The notes under the pieces were generated by a model that saw only the letters and a program-made list of their open reading frames with translations, was not told where the DNA came from and searched no databases. Positions 10,401 to 19,457 of a stretch of 64,000 bases of DNA are shown one piece after another. The translations under genes were made by a program, and so were the position numbers. Source of the DNA: an uncultured Ignavibacteria bacterium (GTDB lineage: Bacteria; Zixibacteria; MSB-5A5; WJJR01). Within the stretch, counting starts at the first letter, position 1; each line of letters starts with the position of its first letter. The DNA lies in contig CAYTTY010000002.1 of assembly GCA_964440935.1 (NCBI GenBank), positions 67,514-131,513 of the forward strand, written 5' to 3'.

Positions 10401-11432
10401 TTCACGTCGATTGAACCGATGCAATTCGAGGCCCTGGCGCGGGCTGTGGTCAGCGGCGAGGTTGTCGATACCGCCGGCAACCGACTCACCGACTTTGACG
10501 GCACTGTCGCCATCACCGTCCGCGATGCACCGCGCGAGCGCGAGTATCGTATCAGCGAGTTGGAAACGCTCCGGTACGATCTTCCCGGCGGCACGTTGTA
10601 TCGCGGTGAGGTGCCGGTGCAGAACGGGCAATTTGAATTCGGATTCATTATTCCCAAAGACATCGCCTATGGCGAAACCGGGGCCCTGATCCGCGGCCAT
10701 GCCGTCTCGACCACTCAGATGGCGGCTGGTGTCCGATCCCGGATTCCCATCGCCGGTGCGGTTGGTGTATTGACCGATACGGTTGGTCCGGAGATGACCG
10801 TGACGGATGCGGACGGAGAACCGGTCACCAATGGTTATCGAATCGCCCAGGGCGACAATTTGATTGTCACCTTTATCGATTCATCGGGTATCAATTTGAC
10901 CGGTTCACCGGGACATCGCGTTGAGGTGTTCGTTGATAACGACATCGAAGCGCTCGCCGATTTGACCGAGGCGTTTGTCTACGATGCCGGGGCATTTACG
11001 ACCGGAACGGCACGGTTCACATTGCCGGAGGTGGCGCTTGGCAAGCACCGCCTGACCATCAAAGCGTGGGACAACGCCAACAATTCCGCGACGCACGACA
11101 TCGATATCGATGTCGCTGCCGAGGGAACCGACGCCGATTTTCGCATCAGTGAGTTTCTCACTTATCCCAATCCCAGCAGTGGTGAGACGACGTTTTACTT
11201 CCTCACCACACGCGCTCCTCGTGAGGCACGGATTCGCATTTTTACCCTTGCCGGGCGCTTGATTTGGGAGCGATCGGGCGTCATTGACGGCGTCACGCGG
11301 TGGAATGGGCACGATGCCGATGGCGATCCGGTCGCCAATGGCGTCTACATTGCGCAGTTAGAGGTGACCGGCAGTGGGTCATCAGTCGATAATACAGCAT
11401 ACGAGGAAACCAAGATTGTCCTGTCACGCTGA
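7446..11432 (+). CDS. Gingipain-like cysteine peptidase (C25 family) with T9SS C-terminal sorting domain
   Basis: GTG start followed by a signal peptide (ARRTRSSIPFYLFLVLASAPLVRAAEY). The putative catalytic residues are YIGHGNPDLL (His) and LTFSCSIGFFD (Cys). The C-terminal ~90 aa (YPNPSSGETTFYF...IRIFTLAGRLIWE...GVYIAQLEV) match the T9SS CTD pattern. Confidence 0.7.
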   Translation: MARRTRSSIPFYLFLVLASAPLVRAAEYDDVAIETQTVTGLTFRYTPSALMWREDARGVYPYIPSTALRDDPIAPSIPGRVVFVALPPNARAINAEIVSVGAIESGRHESLAFFESDYPMPFPSEDIIVDDIFWLRGLRLARLILHPLKIIDSEGSYTLSGEMRVRVSFSQPATGERRIAPSADAFTPILQNLVLNADQGMNWRNAESAQSPLAKPAQTPDPFAGSDEWIAIDNREEGIVRVTGTQLAGAGVALGSVVPDQMRLFGGPGMQLSTTMSDPPPQLTERAIRVVDGGDGVFDESDYFEYYADALNRWEINGQGQRFDIVHRYERDNVYWLALSGDFEGEARRVVTVNAPAPLPAATAITSAVDRARHEQENLLRVNSLGYVASYYTWYWRDRQTDRLFMTAVDDQVPGTPARVEISAYTQGILGFDLLVNGVPTDTVDDPRTRRGEDGTRIITFALPEFRPDDEFTLSFATGSRNEYYLDYYSVEYQRRLNMNSGGIRFIPDIDGTANLVFSNTTGPEVWNISDPSRIDVYTDLEIEGNAARMPAIDGLLYAAEPTQRVTPTHIRIVAHADLYTPPSGTDYVAIGPREFANATAEFLAYRESTHGISTRYVAVEDIYNLFSLGLADPVAIRRFLRHTFQEWPAPAPAYALLVGDGSYDFLGNVGVLSINYVPPYVTEDDQSMSDENYVYFGDKKVLDSDPDPDANIVPDMLIGRWPVKSASDIANLTAKVKEYESTGDLGPWRSRVVMVADDEFGDRNAGSVTEEFHIEDAEQISQVTIPDWIDINKIYMTEYPFSNPGCYEPSARGCRKPSVNEAIVTALNEGALVFDYIGHGNPDLLAHERVFLRTEELRELTNQGRATSVLTFSCSIGFFDDPRSEGMSEEWVRMPHAGAVAVVSATRLVTAFANAELNRKVFDLLFNDNVTGIAASLYTAKLLRQYGRTCSVCDEPPCPCENDRRYMLLGDPALQLGVPVNRVEFTSIEPMQFEALARAVVSGEVVDTAGNRLTDFDGTVAITVRDAPREREYRISELETLRYDLPGGTLYRGEVPVQNGQFEFGFIIPKDIAYGETGALIRGHAVSTTQMAAGVRSRIPIAGAVGVLTDTVGPEMTVTDADGEPVTNGYRIAQGDNLIVTFIDSSGINLTGSPGHRVEVFVDNDIEALADLTEAFVYDAGAFTTGTARFTLPEVALGKHRLTIKAWDNANNSATHDIDIDVAAEGTDADFRISEFLTYPNPSSGETTFYFLTTRAPREARIRIFTLAGRLIWERSGVIDGVTRWNGHDADGDPVANGVYIAQLEVTGSGSSVDNTAYEETKIVLSR

Positions 11433-11565
11433 CGGAGATACCGTCGGTCGCGCCGGTCGATCACAACCACGTACGAGAGAGCCGATGAGTAATCACAGCA
11501 CACACAGCGCCGCGCACCATGCGCCGGCGCACGTTGCACGCAGGCAATTGGAAAGGACAAGCGCT

Positions 11566-14211
11566 ATGCGACGGATGAGCGCGTGGCTCAGCGCCGGATT
11601 GATTGGGTTGATCTTGCTGGGCTCACAGGACGCACAGGCGGCAGTCAATGCGGGTGTACTCTTCCTGCGGATCGCGCCCGGTGCACGGTCAGCCGCGATG
11701 GGTGAAGCATTCGTGGGCGTATCCGATGATGCCACCGCGACCCATTGGAATCCCGCCGGACTCGGGGTCTATCCTCTCAACGACGATTGGGAGGACTACA
11801 ATCTCCCCGGCTACGGAACGATTCGCGATGCGGCGGTGGTTCGGAATGACCTACCCTACACCGATTACCGCTCCCGCGATCTCTGGATTCTGACCGATCA
11901 GGGACTCCTCACACTCGAGCACGGCTCGCAGGGAGATGAGCAGATCGCCACTGGCAGTCAGAGTGACCTGATTTCCGAGGGTCAAGCGTCGAACTGGATC
12001 GAGGTCTCGACCATCGGCGTGAGTTCGATCACTGCGGCGGTTCGCCGCTATGCGCCGTTCCTGACCGAAGATCGGGCGGAAGAGATCGCTCGTCGTTCTG
12101 CTGCGGCTCATGTCGGTATCCAGATTGAACAGATGGAGCCGCTGCTGCAACGTGTGGAATCGTCGATGCCCGACGATTACAAAGACCGCACCATCATGCA
12201 AAATGCCGTCAGCGATTTTCGCCGTGCCTATCGCGAGGCGCGCCTCGTTGAGGAGCGTATTCCCGATGTCCGCACTGCGCTTACGGCACTGCCAGAGAGC
12301 GGAACCGCCGGTCTGGAAGAGCTGGATCGCGTCCGCTTCGCGTTGGAGCGCAGTATCGGTACGGCGATTCCCGAGCGGGTTGGTATCCTCACGGAGGAAC
12401 TATTCCCCGCATCGATTCGGGCCATCAATAGCGATGGCCAGCGTCTCTATGTTGGGACCGGCACCAACTTGCTGATGCTGAACAACAATCGCTGGACCGA
12501 GATCGGCGCACCGACCGAAGACGGATGGGCGGCGGAAGGTGTGAATTGTATCGAGGTGTTACCCAATAACCGACTCTGGGTCGGTACGGACAAGGGGCTG
12601 CTCCTTCGTTCCGGCGGAAGCTGGACTCGTTACACGACCGCCGAAGGTCTTCCCGATGATCGCATTCTGCATCTGGCCCTGCCAACACAACGCTCCGGGT
12701 GGGTCAGCACCGACGCCGGACTGGCCCGTTTTGAAGGCGAGTACTTCACCGCATTTGCCGAATTGACCGCCAATGTCGGAGATTCGCTTACCAAGATGTT
12801 GTCGCGGTATCTCGATACCCGTGACCAGGTCGTGCTTGAAGAGGCCGCAGCCACAGTTCGTGAAGCCAACATGTTGGATGCAGGATTCGAACCGGAAGCC
12901 GGGGCCATGGTCCAGGTGCCGTTCATGGTCGGATTCACCAACCAGGTGACCAACTTGACGGTCGATTCGTATGGCCGTCTCTGGGTCGGAACAGATCGCG
13001 GGACGCTGCGCTACGCGCGCGATTCGTGGACCCGATTCGGCTACCGCGAAATCAAGGCAACCGAACCGACCACGGCACAAGTGGTGGCCGAACAACTGCT
13101 GGGGAATCGCTCAACCCCCGAACGCTCCGGCAACCTGGCGGACTTGATCATCGCATACAACGGTCTGAATGAATCGGGTGACATCGCGTCCGGACGGACG
13201 ATTTACGTGTACCGAAATCCTGCCGCATCGCACGTCTATGACATCGCGGCCACCGGGGATCACTTAATGATCGCGTCGGCCGCGGGTCTGCTCGAAGTCA
13301 AATCGGGCGATTGGGGACGCTACTACCACGCCGGTCTTGAACGCGAAGTCGTTTATGCGATCGCACCCAGCGAGCGCGACATGTGGTTTGTCACCGACGA
13401 GCGTGCCGTCATCTTCAAGCAGTCGCGTAGCGAAGTCACCTTCATGTATTCGCCGTGGTTGCCCGACTTCAATCTCGATTTGTACTATGCGTTCTTCTCC
13501 GGCGCCACCCACGTGGAAGGATGGGGGACCCTCGGTTTGGCCGTAACGTTTTTCTCGTATGGTGAAATCATTCGCACCGACGAGTTCGGGCGGCTCGGTA
13601 ATACGTTCCATTCGTTTGACGGTGCGATGTCGTTGTCGTACGCGACCCGTCTCAGCCAAACGCTCTCGGGTGGCCTGACCGGTAAGATTATCTACTCGCG
13701 TCTCGCCGATCAGGGTGCGGGTGCCGAGATCGGCAGTGGCAGCGCCACGGCGTTTGCCGTCGATGCCGGCATCCTCTACCAAACACCCTGGGATCCGCTC
13801 ACCTTCGGCGCCGCGCTGTCGAATGTCGGTCCGAACATTTCGTACATCGATGCACAGCAGTCCGATCCGCTGCCGCGCAATCTCGCACTCGGCTTCGGAC
13901 TCAAGCTGCTCGATCGCCCGGCATTCCGGGTGCTCTGGGTCGGCGACATCAACCGTGAGTTGGTTGACCTCACCGATAGTGACAATGAACTGGCACAGAA
14001 CATTTACAATACCGGCCTCGAACTGTCGTACCTGAGCACGCTCGCGTTGCGCGGCGGCTATGTGCATGACCAGGATGGCGACATCAAGATCTTCACGGCC
14101 GGTATTGGACTGTCGTATCAAAACATTAAGATTGACGTGGCCTATATCCCGTCGACCGGCGATTCGCCGTTGTCGAACACGCCGCGCTACAGCCTATCGG
14201 CCCGGTTCTAA
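11566..14211 (+). CDS. PorV-like (T9SS shuttle / FadL-type) outer-membrane beta-barrel protein with a large internal beta-propeller-like insertion
   Basis: Start chosen at MRRMSAWLSAGLIGLILLGSQDAQA (signal peptide); the ORF track begins upstream at 11374. The PorV N-motif is LFLRIAPGARSAAMGEAFVGVSDDATATHWNPAGLG. The C-terminal barrel strands are FAVDAGILYQ, LTFGAALSNVGPNISY, PLPRNLALGFG and LSYQNIKIDVAYIPS. The middle ~300 aa hold Reg_prop/YYY-like repeats (LYVGTGTNLLMLNNNRWTEIG, LWVGTDKGLLLRSGGSWTRYT, GWVSTDAGLARFEGEYFTAF, LWVGTDRGTLRYARDSWTRFG). Confidence 0.6.
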   Translation: MRRMSAWLSAGLIGLILLGSQDAQAAVNAGVLFLRIAPGARSAAMGEAFVGVSDDATATHWNPAGLGVYPLNDDWEDYNLPGYGTIRDAAVVRNDLPYTDYRSRDLWILTDQGLLTLEHGSQGDEQIATGSQSDLISEGQASNWIEVSTIGVSSITAAVRRYAPFLTEDRAEEIARRSAAAHVGIQIEQMEPLLQRVESSMPDDYKDRTIMQNAVSDFRRAYREARLVEERIPDVRTALTALPESGTAGLEELDRVRFALERSIGTAIPERVGILTEELFPASIRAINSDGQRLYVGTGTNLLMLNNNRWTEIGAPTEDGWAAEGVNCIEVLPNNRLWVGTDKGLLLRSGGSWTRYTTAEGLPDDRILHLALPTQRSGWVSTDAGLARFEGEYFTAFAELTANVGDSLTKMLSRYLDTRDQVVLEEAAATVREANMLDAGFEPEAGAMVQVPFMVGFTNQVTNLTVDSYGRLWVGTDRGTLRYARDSWTRFGYREIKATEPTTAQVVAEQLLGNRSTPERSGNLADLIIAYNGLNESGDIASGRTIYVYRNPAASHVYDIAATGDHLMIASAAGLLEVKSGDWGRYYHAGLEREVVYAIAPSERDMWFVTDERAVIFKQSRSEVTFMYSPWLPDFNLDLYYAFFSGATHVEGWGTLGLAVTFFSYGEIIRTDEFGRLGNTFHSFDGAMSLSYATRLSQTLSGGLTGKIIYSRLADQGAGAEIGSGSATAFAVDAGILYQTPWDPLTFGAALSNVGPNISYIDAQQSDPLPRNLALGFGLKLLDRPAFRVLWVGDINRELVDLTDSDNELAQNIYNTGLELSYLSTLALRGGYVHDQDGDIKIFTAGIGLSYQNIKIDVAYIPSTGDSPLSNTPRYSLSARF

Positions 14212-14214
14212 CAA

Positions 14215-17200
14215 ATGAAGCGACTTGCTCAAACCATCGTTCTCGCATGTGCATTTGTCCTCGGCGCGTTGTCGGGTGATGTGCTGGCACGAACCGGCAC
14301 CACCGTTCTTCCTTTGGATCATGATGCCTTAGTGCACCAGCCCAAACCCGAAGGCGCGCCCGGCTGCTTCTGTCCGCAGCCGTCGACGCGCAATCTGCTC
14401 CAGCGCAAACGGGACGCTGTCGCGTCGCCCGGGCTGCGCGCCGGCGTGCAGATTCCGATCACACTGAACGTCATCGCGATTCGCGTCGAGTTTCAGTATG
14501 AAGAAATCGACGATCCGAACACCACGGGCCGCGGTGTCTTCGACCTTCGCGATACCACGTCCTTTCTCGAAGAAAACGGCCACAGTTTCGACACCTCACC
14601 GCACAATCGCCGTTACTTCGAAGCGCACATGCGGTCATTGAACCAGTACTGGAATACCGTTTCGAACGGGGAAATAACGCTCGATTACACGGTCTTTCCG
14701 GTGGCGTCGGACAGCGCCTATCAAATGCCGAATGAGATGAGCTACTACGGGCGCGAGCGTGACGGCGACAGCGGCATCGTCTTCGGGCTGGAACAATTTG
14801 TCCTCGATGCCGGTGAAGCGGCCGCCGTCGATCCGGCAGTGGTCTTCGATGACTACGATGCCGTCGTCTTCTTTCACGCCGGCTCGGACCGCCAGTCCGA
14901 CATCTTTCAGGACACACCGCACGATTTGTTTACGGCATTTGTCCGCTTGGGCGAGGTGATATCGCTGACCGCCGGTGTCGCCGACGTGTTAGGCGAAGCG
15001 ATCATCATGCCCGAGACGTTGATTCAGGACAATCGCATCACGGTGATGAATGCCGTGCTCGCGCACGAATTCGGGCACCAGCTCGGTCTGGTCGATTTGT
15101 ACAGCACGCGCAGCTTCCTGACACAGGTGGGCAATTTCAGTTTGATGGACAACAACGTCTCCGATGTTGGCATCGATGTCACCGTCGAGGGGCGGCGGCG
15201 CATCTTGTTTGGCGGCCTACCGGTGTTCCCCGATGCCTGGTCGCGCTTACACTTGGGAATTGTCGATGCCAGACGCGTGGAAAACGAACTCAATGTTACC
15301 GTGCTCGCGGGAGAGTTCGAACGCCCCCTGCCGCAATCGACACCACAGGTGATTCAGATCCCGATTTCAGAGACAGAGTATTACTTGGTCGAAAACCGTC
15401 GGATTGACATCGATGGACGGGGCGATCCCGGTCTACGGCTTGATTCCGTTACCAGTGTTGTCATTGGTCCGGCGGACACGACAACACTCGCCAACACGCG
15501 CGAGTACGATTTCCTATTGCCCGGATCGGGGCTTCTGATCTGGCATGTCGATGAAGGGGTTGCGGAACTCGATTATGTCGACACCGACGAGACGCCGAAT
15601 AACTATCAGGCGAACACCCTCCAATGGGACCCCGAACGCCGCTTCCTGCGTCTGATCGAGGCCGACGGACTGATCAACTTTGGCGGTTTCTTCTCCGCCG
15701 GAACCGGAACGGCGCGGGATTTCTTCTACAATCCCAACAACTCCGAACTCGGGCAGTTTACCAATCCGCCCGCCAGCAGCAACACCGGCGCATTTACCGG
15801 AATCACCATTGAAAACATTTCGCCACCGGCCACGTCGATGACGATGGATGTCCGCCGCGACGGACCATTGGATGGATTCCCCGTCTACGCCGGAATCGAT
15901 TCAACCGGCGTCGGTGCACCTGTTGTCGCTGACCTGACGCCTCTGGCCAGCCGGTGGAGCACGCCCGGCGATGGTTCACCCGAAGTCTTTGTCTCGTACA
16001 AGAATTATATCCTGGCTTGGGACTGGACCGGGCAGCCGCTCAGTTCGGTGACGATCGAAGACAGTCTCACACGCTATGATGATTCGACAATTGTTCGGGA
16101 ATTCCATCCCGTCGCAATGGGTGATCCCGCCGATGGAAATTGGATCGCACCGCCGTTGGTGGCCGATCCGGGCGACGGAGACGTGCGGATTGTCGCCGCC
16201 ACCGATAGAGGATATCTGTACATCTTCGGAACGCGCGATGAAGACAACGACGGATTGTTCGACGTCCGCTTCCGTACCGAGACGCCGGACTTGGTCAACG
16301 CCCCGCCGATTGTGTGGAATCGTGGCACCGTGACGAAGGAAATTTTTGTTCCGATTCGCAGTCGTGGTTATGCGGTCTACGGGCTGTTGAACGGTGATAC
16401 AACACTGGTCGGCCCTCTGACGGGTACGATCATCAGCGCAGCCGGTCGGGACAGCGCTGGGACCGCCGTCGTTATGGGGATTTCGCCGGAAGAGCGGTAC
16501 GTCGGCTGGCTCGGGGGACCAATCGCGAATATCGGCGATAAGCCCGTCATGCCGCCGGTCGTGGGCGACATCGATCGGGATTCCTCGTTAGATGCGGTAT
16601 TCCTGACAGCTAACGGAGAACTCCACGTCATTGACAGCGGTGGCGAGTACCTCTCCGGTTTTCCGCTGGATATTGACGGCACCGCCACTGAGCCACCATC
16701 TCTGGCCGATGTCGACCTTGATGGCTTCCTGGAGATTCTGCTGGTGTCTGACGGTTTTCTCCATGCATACGCACGCAACGGAACGTTGCTTCCCGATTTT
16801 CCCATTCTGCTCGGGGAACGAAACGCTCCGGACAGCGGTGCAACAACGCCGGTTGCGATGCTGCTGGAGTGGACTGATGGGGTTTCCGGACATTTGGCAT
16901 TGGCCAGTGCCGGGGAGCGCCAACGGCTTAGCGCTGTTTTTGGCAACGGGCGGGAGGTCGACCGATTCCCGCGCCCGTTGGGAGCCGCAACACCCAGTTC
17001 GGTTGCATGGAGTGCCATTCCCGATGCCAATAGCTCCGCCGTGTTCGCACATTGCGCCGATGGCTACCTGTATGGATATTCCGCGGGCACACTGCCGGCG
17101 TTTTCGCCGACTGCGATTTGGCCGATGGCACGACGCGATGCACGGGGCACCGCGACAGTCCCGTATGACGATCTTGAGAACGAAAGCACCGAAGATGTTT

Positions 17201-17484
17201 TCTTTTTGGAGCCGCGTGCGTTTGTCTATCCCAATCCAGCGAACGAGGAAGCGATTGTACGATTTTGGCTCGGTGACGATGCGAGCGTTCGAATTCGCAT
17301 CTATGATATTGCTGGGAATCTCGTTACAGAAGTCGAAGAGAATGGTCAGGGCGGTGTCTACAACGAGTGGACATGGGACTGCCGAGGCGCGGCCTCCGGC
17401 GTTTATTTTGCCCACATTGAAGCAAATGCACTAGCCAGCGGCGAAACCGCAACCGCACTTTGCAAAATGGCGGTTGTGCAGTAA
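14215..17484 (+). CDS. M6 (immune-inhibitor-A-like) zinc metallopeptidase with FG-GAP/VCBS-like repeats and T9SS C-terminal domain
   Basis: Signal peptide MKRLAQTIVLACAFVLGALSGDVLA. The zinc motif is AVLAHEFGHQLGLVDLY (HExxH...D..Y, M6-like). Later repeats have the DIDRDSSLDAVFL and DVDLDGFLEILLVSDG type. The C-terminal CTD is FVYPNPANEEAIVRFWL...IRIYDIAGNLV...GVYFAHIEA. Confidence 0.7.
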   Translation: MKRLAQTIVLACAFVLGALSGDVLARTGTTVLPLDHDALVHQPKPEGAPGCFCPQPSTRNLLQRKRDAVASPGLRAGVQIPITLNVIAIRVEFQYEEIDDPNTTGRGVFDLRDTTSFLEENGHSFDTSPHNRRYFEAHMRSLNQYWNTVSNGEITLDYTVFPVASDSAYQMPNEMSYYGRERDGDSGIVFGLEQFVLDAGEAAAVDPAVVFDDYDAVVFFHAGSDRQSDIFQDTPHDLFTAFVRLGEVISLTAGVADVLGEAIIMPETLIQDNRITVMNAVLAHEFGHQLGLVDLYSTRSFLTQVGNFSLMDNNVSDVGIDVTVEGRRRILFGGLPVFPDAWSRLHLGIVDARRVENELNVTVLAGEFERPLPQSTPQVIQIPISETEYYLVENRRIDIDGRGDPGLRLDSVTSVVIGPADTTTLANTREYDFLLPGSGLLIWHVDEGVAELDYVDTDETPNNYQANTLQWDPERRFLRLIEADGLINFGGFFSAGTGTARDFFYNPNNSELGQFTNPPASSNTGAFTGITIENISPPATSMTMDVRRDGPLDGFPVYAGIDSTGVGAPVVADLTPLASRWSTPGDGSPEVFVSYKNYILAWDWTGQPLSSVTIEDSLTRYDDSTIVREFHPVAMGDPADGNWIAPPLVADPGDGDVRIVAATDRGYLYIFGTRDEDNDGLFDVRFRTETPDLVNAPPIVWNRGTVTKEIFVPIRSRGYAVYGLLNGDTTLVGPLTGTIISAAGRDSAGTAVVMGISPEERYVGWLGGPIANIGDKPVMPPVVGDIDRDSSLDAVFLTANGELHVIDSGGEYLSGFPLDIDGTATEPPSLADVDLDGFLEILLVSDGFLHAYARNGTLLPDFPILLGERNAPDSGATTPVAMLLEWTDGVSGHLALASAGERQRLSAVFGNGREVDRFPRPLGAATPSSVAWSAIPDANSSAVFAHCADGYLYGYSAGTLPAFSPTAIWPMARRDARGTATVPYDDLENESTEDVFFLEPRAFVYPNPANEEAIVRFWLGDDASVRIRIYDIAGNLVTEVEENGQGGVYNEWTWDCRGAASGVYFAHIEANALASGETATALCKMAVVQ

Positions 17485-17514
17485 TCGGCCGAGGCGGCTC
17501 ACCAGGAGACAATA

Positions 17515-18534
17515 ATGTCTGAGGTATTGATTCGGAGGTGTTGGATGAACGCGAATGCCAAACGGCTGGCAACATTGATTGCTGTCACGATACTGATATC
17601 GACCGTCCCGGCCGTTGCCGCAACGCCCGGCGAACAGTCGGTGCCCGAACGTTTGGGACCCGTTAATCCGCTGCCGGGTGTGACGCTGGCTGATTTATCG
17701 GAACGTGCTGCACTCAATTCGACGATGGCCTTGACCGACGAGGGGGTGCGCCTCGCTCAAGCGAACAAAGACGTACCCGATTTCGGTGGCGATGTGTACG
17801 GATACGAACCAAAGTCCAGCCGCCGGGCCTTTCTCCAGTCACTGGTCGTGCCGGGATGGGGGCAGTGGTATTACGGCAGCCGCTGGAAACCGTTCGTTTT
17901 TCTGGGTCTCGAGGCCGCGGGCTGGTACTTCTGGTCCGATTTCCGCAGCACCGGCAGTGATCTCGAAGACCAGTATCAGGCGTTCGCTGATGGTCTGGAT
18001 CCGCAATCCGGAGACGTCCGTTGGGCATTTGACCGGTACATCGATGGGTTGGAAGCAGTCTACGGAATCGATGACGACCGGCAGGCGTGGATCAATCCCG
18101 AAACGGATGACTCAACCTTTTTCTCGCACCACATTTCGGAAGATGATGCTGCGGAAAAGAACGATACGTATTACGAAAATATCGGTAAGTACGACCAGTT
18201 TGCCTTTGGCTGGCACGACTTTGACGATCGTCGTGACTTTAAGCCGGGTGATACCACCTACTCGGATGGAACGCCCATCATTTTCCTGACGCCGGACCGT
18301 CAGGCCTACGTCCAGCAGCGCGACGAAGCCAACCGGGAATTCAACAAGGCCTCGACGGTATTAATTCTGACGATTGGCAACCATCTGTTGTCGGCGTTTG
18401 AGGCGGCCCTCGGCGCCAAGCGGTATAATCGCTCACGAGATCAGTTCGGGACAATCGATGCCGACATCCGATTGACCCGGACAAACCTGTCGTCGGAACT
18501 TGCGCCGCGATTCACTTTGCGTTATCTTTTTTAG
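17515..18534 (+). CDS. DUF5683-like membrane/envelope protein (paralog 1)
   Basis: AGGAG SD lies 6 nt upstream of the ATG; an alternative ATG at 17545 also has a GGAGG SD. Conserved motif SLVVPGWGQWYYGSRWKPFVFLGLEAAGWYFW, and second-helix motif LLSAFEAALGAKRYNR. It ends in LRYLF (C-terminal Phe). Confidence 0.5.
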   Translation: MSEVLIRRCWMNANAKRLATLIAVTILISTVPAVAATPGEQSVPERLGPVNPLPGVTLADLSERAALNSTMALTDEGVRLAQANKDVPDFGGDVYGYEPKSSRRAFLQSLVVPGWGQWYYGSRWKPFVFLGLEAAGWYFWSDFRSTGSDLEDQYQAFADGLDPQSGDVRWAFDRYIDGLEAVYGIDDDRQAWINPETDDSTFFSHHISEDDAAEKNDTYYENIGKYDQFAFGWHDFDDRRDFKPGDTTYSDGTPIIFLTPDRQAYVQQRDEANREFNKASTVLILTIGNHLLSAFEAALGAKRYNRSRDQFGTIDADIRLTRTNLSSELAPRFTLRYLF

Positions 18535-18539
18535 GAGTG

Positions 18540-19439
18540 ATGAATCTGAGCAGTACACTTGACCACAGACGAATTGTCCCCCGTTCGGCATTAACCGGCA
18601 CTCTGCTGCTGCTGGCGGCTGTGTACGTGTGTGCCGTCGCGTGCCCGTGCGGCGCTGCGTCGCCGTTTGAACGTTCGGTGTGCCCAACAGAACAAGGTGC
18701 CAAGCCGCCGATATCGGTCATGCATGATGGCCCACAGCGCTTTTCAGAGTTAATGCCCGACAAACTTGATCTGAACGCCGTTCCCGTCATCACTGACGGC
18801 GGGCCGATGTACGCCCAGGTGTTCGATGAGTTTGCATTCGAAGACGAACGGGACAAGGTCAATGTGACTAAGGCGACGTTGTTCTCGCTCGTTCTGCCGG
18901 GTACGGGGCAATGGTACGCCGGCGACCAGAACCGGGCGGGTGTGTTTCTCGCCGGTGAAGGTGTCATGTGGGCGGCCTTTGCCTATTTCAAGACCGTCCA
19001 GTCGGCAAAGCAAGATGATTACGAGGCGTATGCGTTGGCCAATGCAGGGATCAATCCCGAAGGCAAAGACGATGACTTCTATCGGATCTTGAGTTTCTAC
19101 AACTCGCGCGAGGAGTACAACTCGGCCGGGCGCATTATCGATCCATCACGTCCCTATTATCCCAATAACGAGTACTGGGATTGGCGCTGGCGCTCCGAAT
19201 CGGATTTGGAACAGTACCGCGATTTGCGCAATCAGCGCGCCGAGGCGCGCAACCGCAGCCGATTTGCAATCGGGGCATTGGTTCTGAACCGTCTGTTGTC
19301 GGCCTTCGACGCGTGGCGTGTGGCCAAGTCGGTCAATCGACAGGCACGCATGGAAGTGACCGGTTGGAAGGTCGGTGTGAAGGGGAAACCGTTCGGTTCC
19401 AATCCCAAGGTCATGTTCTCGTTTAAGCGCAACTTCTAG
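18540..19439 (+). CDS. DUF5683-like membrane/envelope protein (paralog 2)
   Basis: Carries the same motifs as the upstream paralog (SLVLPGTGQWYAGDQNRAGVFLAGEGVMW and LLSAFDAWRVAKSVNR). It ends in FKRNF. The start lies 3-6 bp after the upstream stop. Confidence 0.5.
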   Translation: MNLSSTLDHRRIVPRSALTGTLLLLAAVYVCAVACPCGAASPFERSVCPTEQGAKPPISVMHDGPQRFSELMPDKLDLNAVPVITDGGPMYAQVFDEFAFEDERDKVNVTKATLFSLVLPGTGQWYAGDQNRAGVFLAGEGVMWAAFAYFKTVQSAKQDDYEAYALANAGINPEGKDDDFYRILSFYNSREEYNSAGRIIDPSRPYYPNNEYWDWRWRSESDLEQYRDLRNQRAEARNRSRFAIGALVLNRLLSAFDAWRVAKSVNRQARMEVTGWKVGVKGKPFGSNPKVMFSFKRNF

Positions 19440-19457
19440 TCACGCGGGGGGCGCGCG

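Noticed and set aside
7953-10700. Antisense ORFs of 200-250 aa inside the C25 peptidase gene (7953..8567-, 8745..9506-, 10050..10700-)
   Set aside because: They are antisense to a gene with clear catalytic and CTD motifs, and their composition is typical of GC-rich frame artefacts.
11374-11565. Upstream extension of the PorV-like ORF (ORF track start at 11374, overlapping the C25 gene end)
   Set aside because: A canonical signal peptide begins at the ATG at 11566. The extension is R/H-rich with no function and overlaps the upstream stop region.
13264-14121. 285-aa antisense ORF within the PorV-like gene, and 12559..13095-
   Set aside because: It is antisense to conserved PorV barrel strands and has no start context or motif.
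16377-17434. ORFs 16377..17030-, 16588..17415- and 16631..17434+ overlapping the 3' end of the M6 protease gene
   Set aside because: The T9SS CTD of the plus-strand gene is clearly encoded here, and the alternatives are low-complexity R/S/P-rich artefacts.
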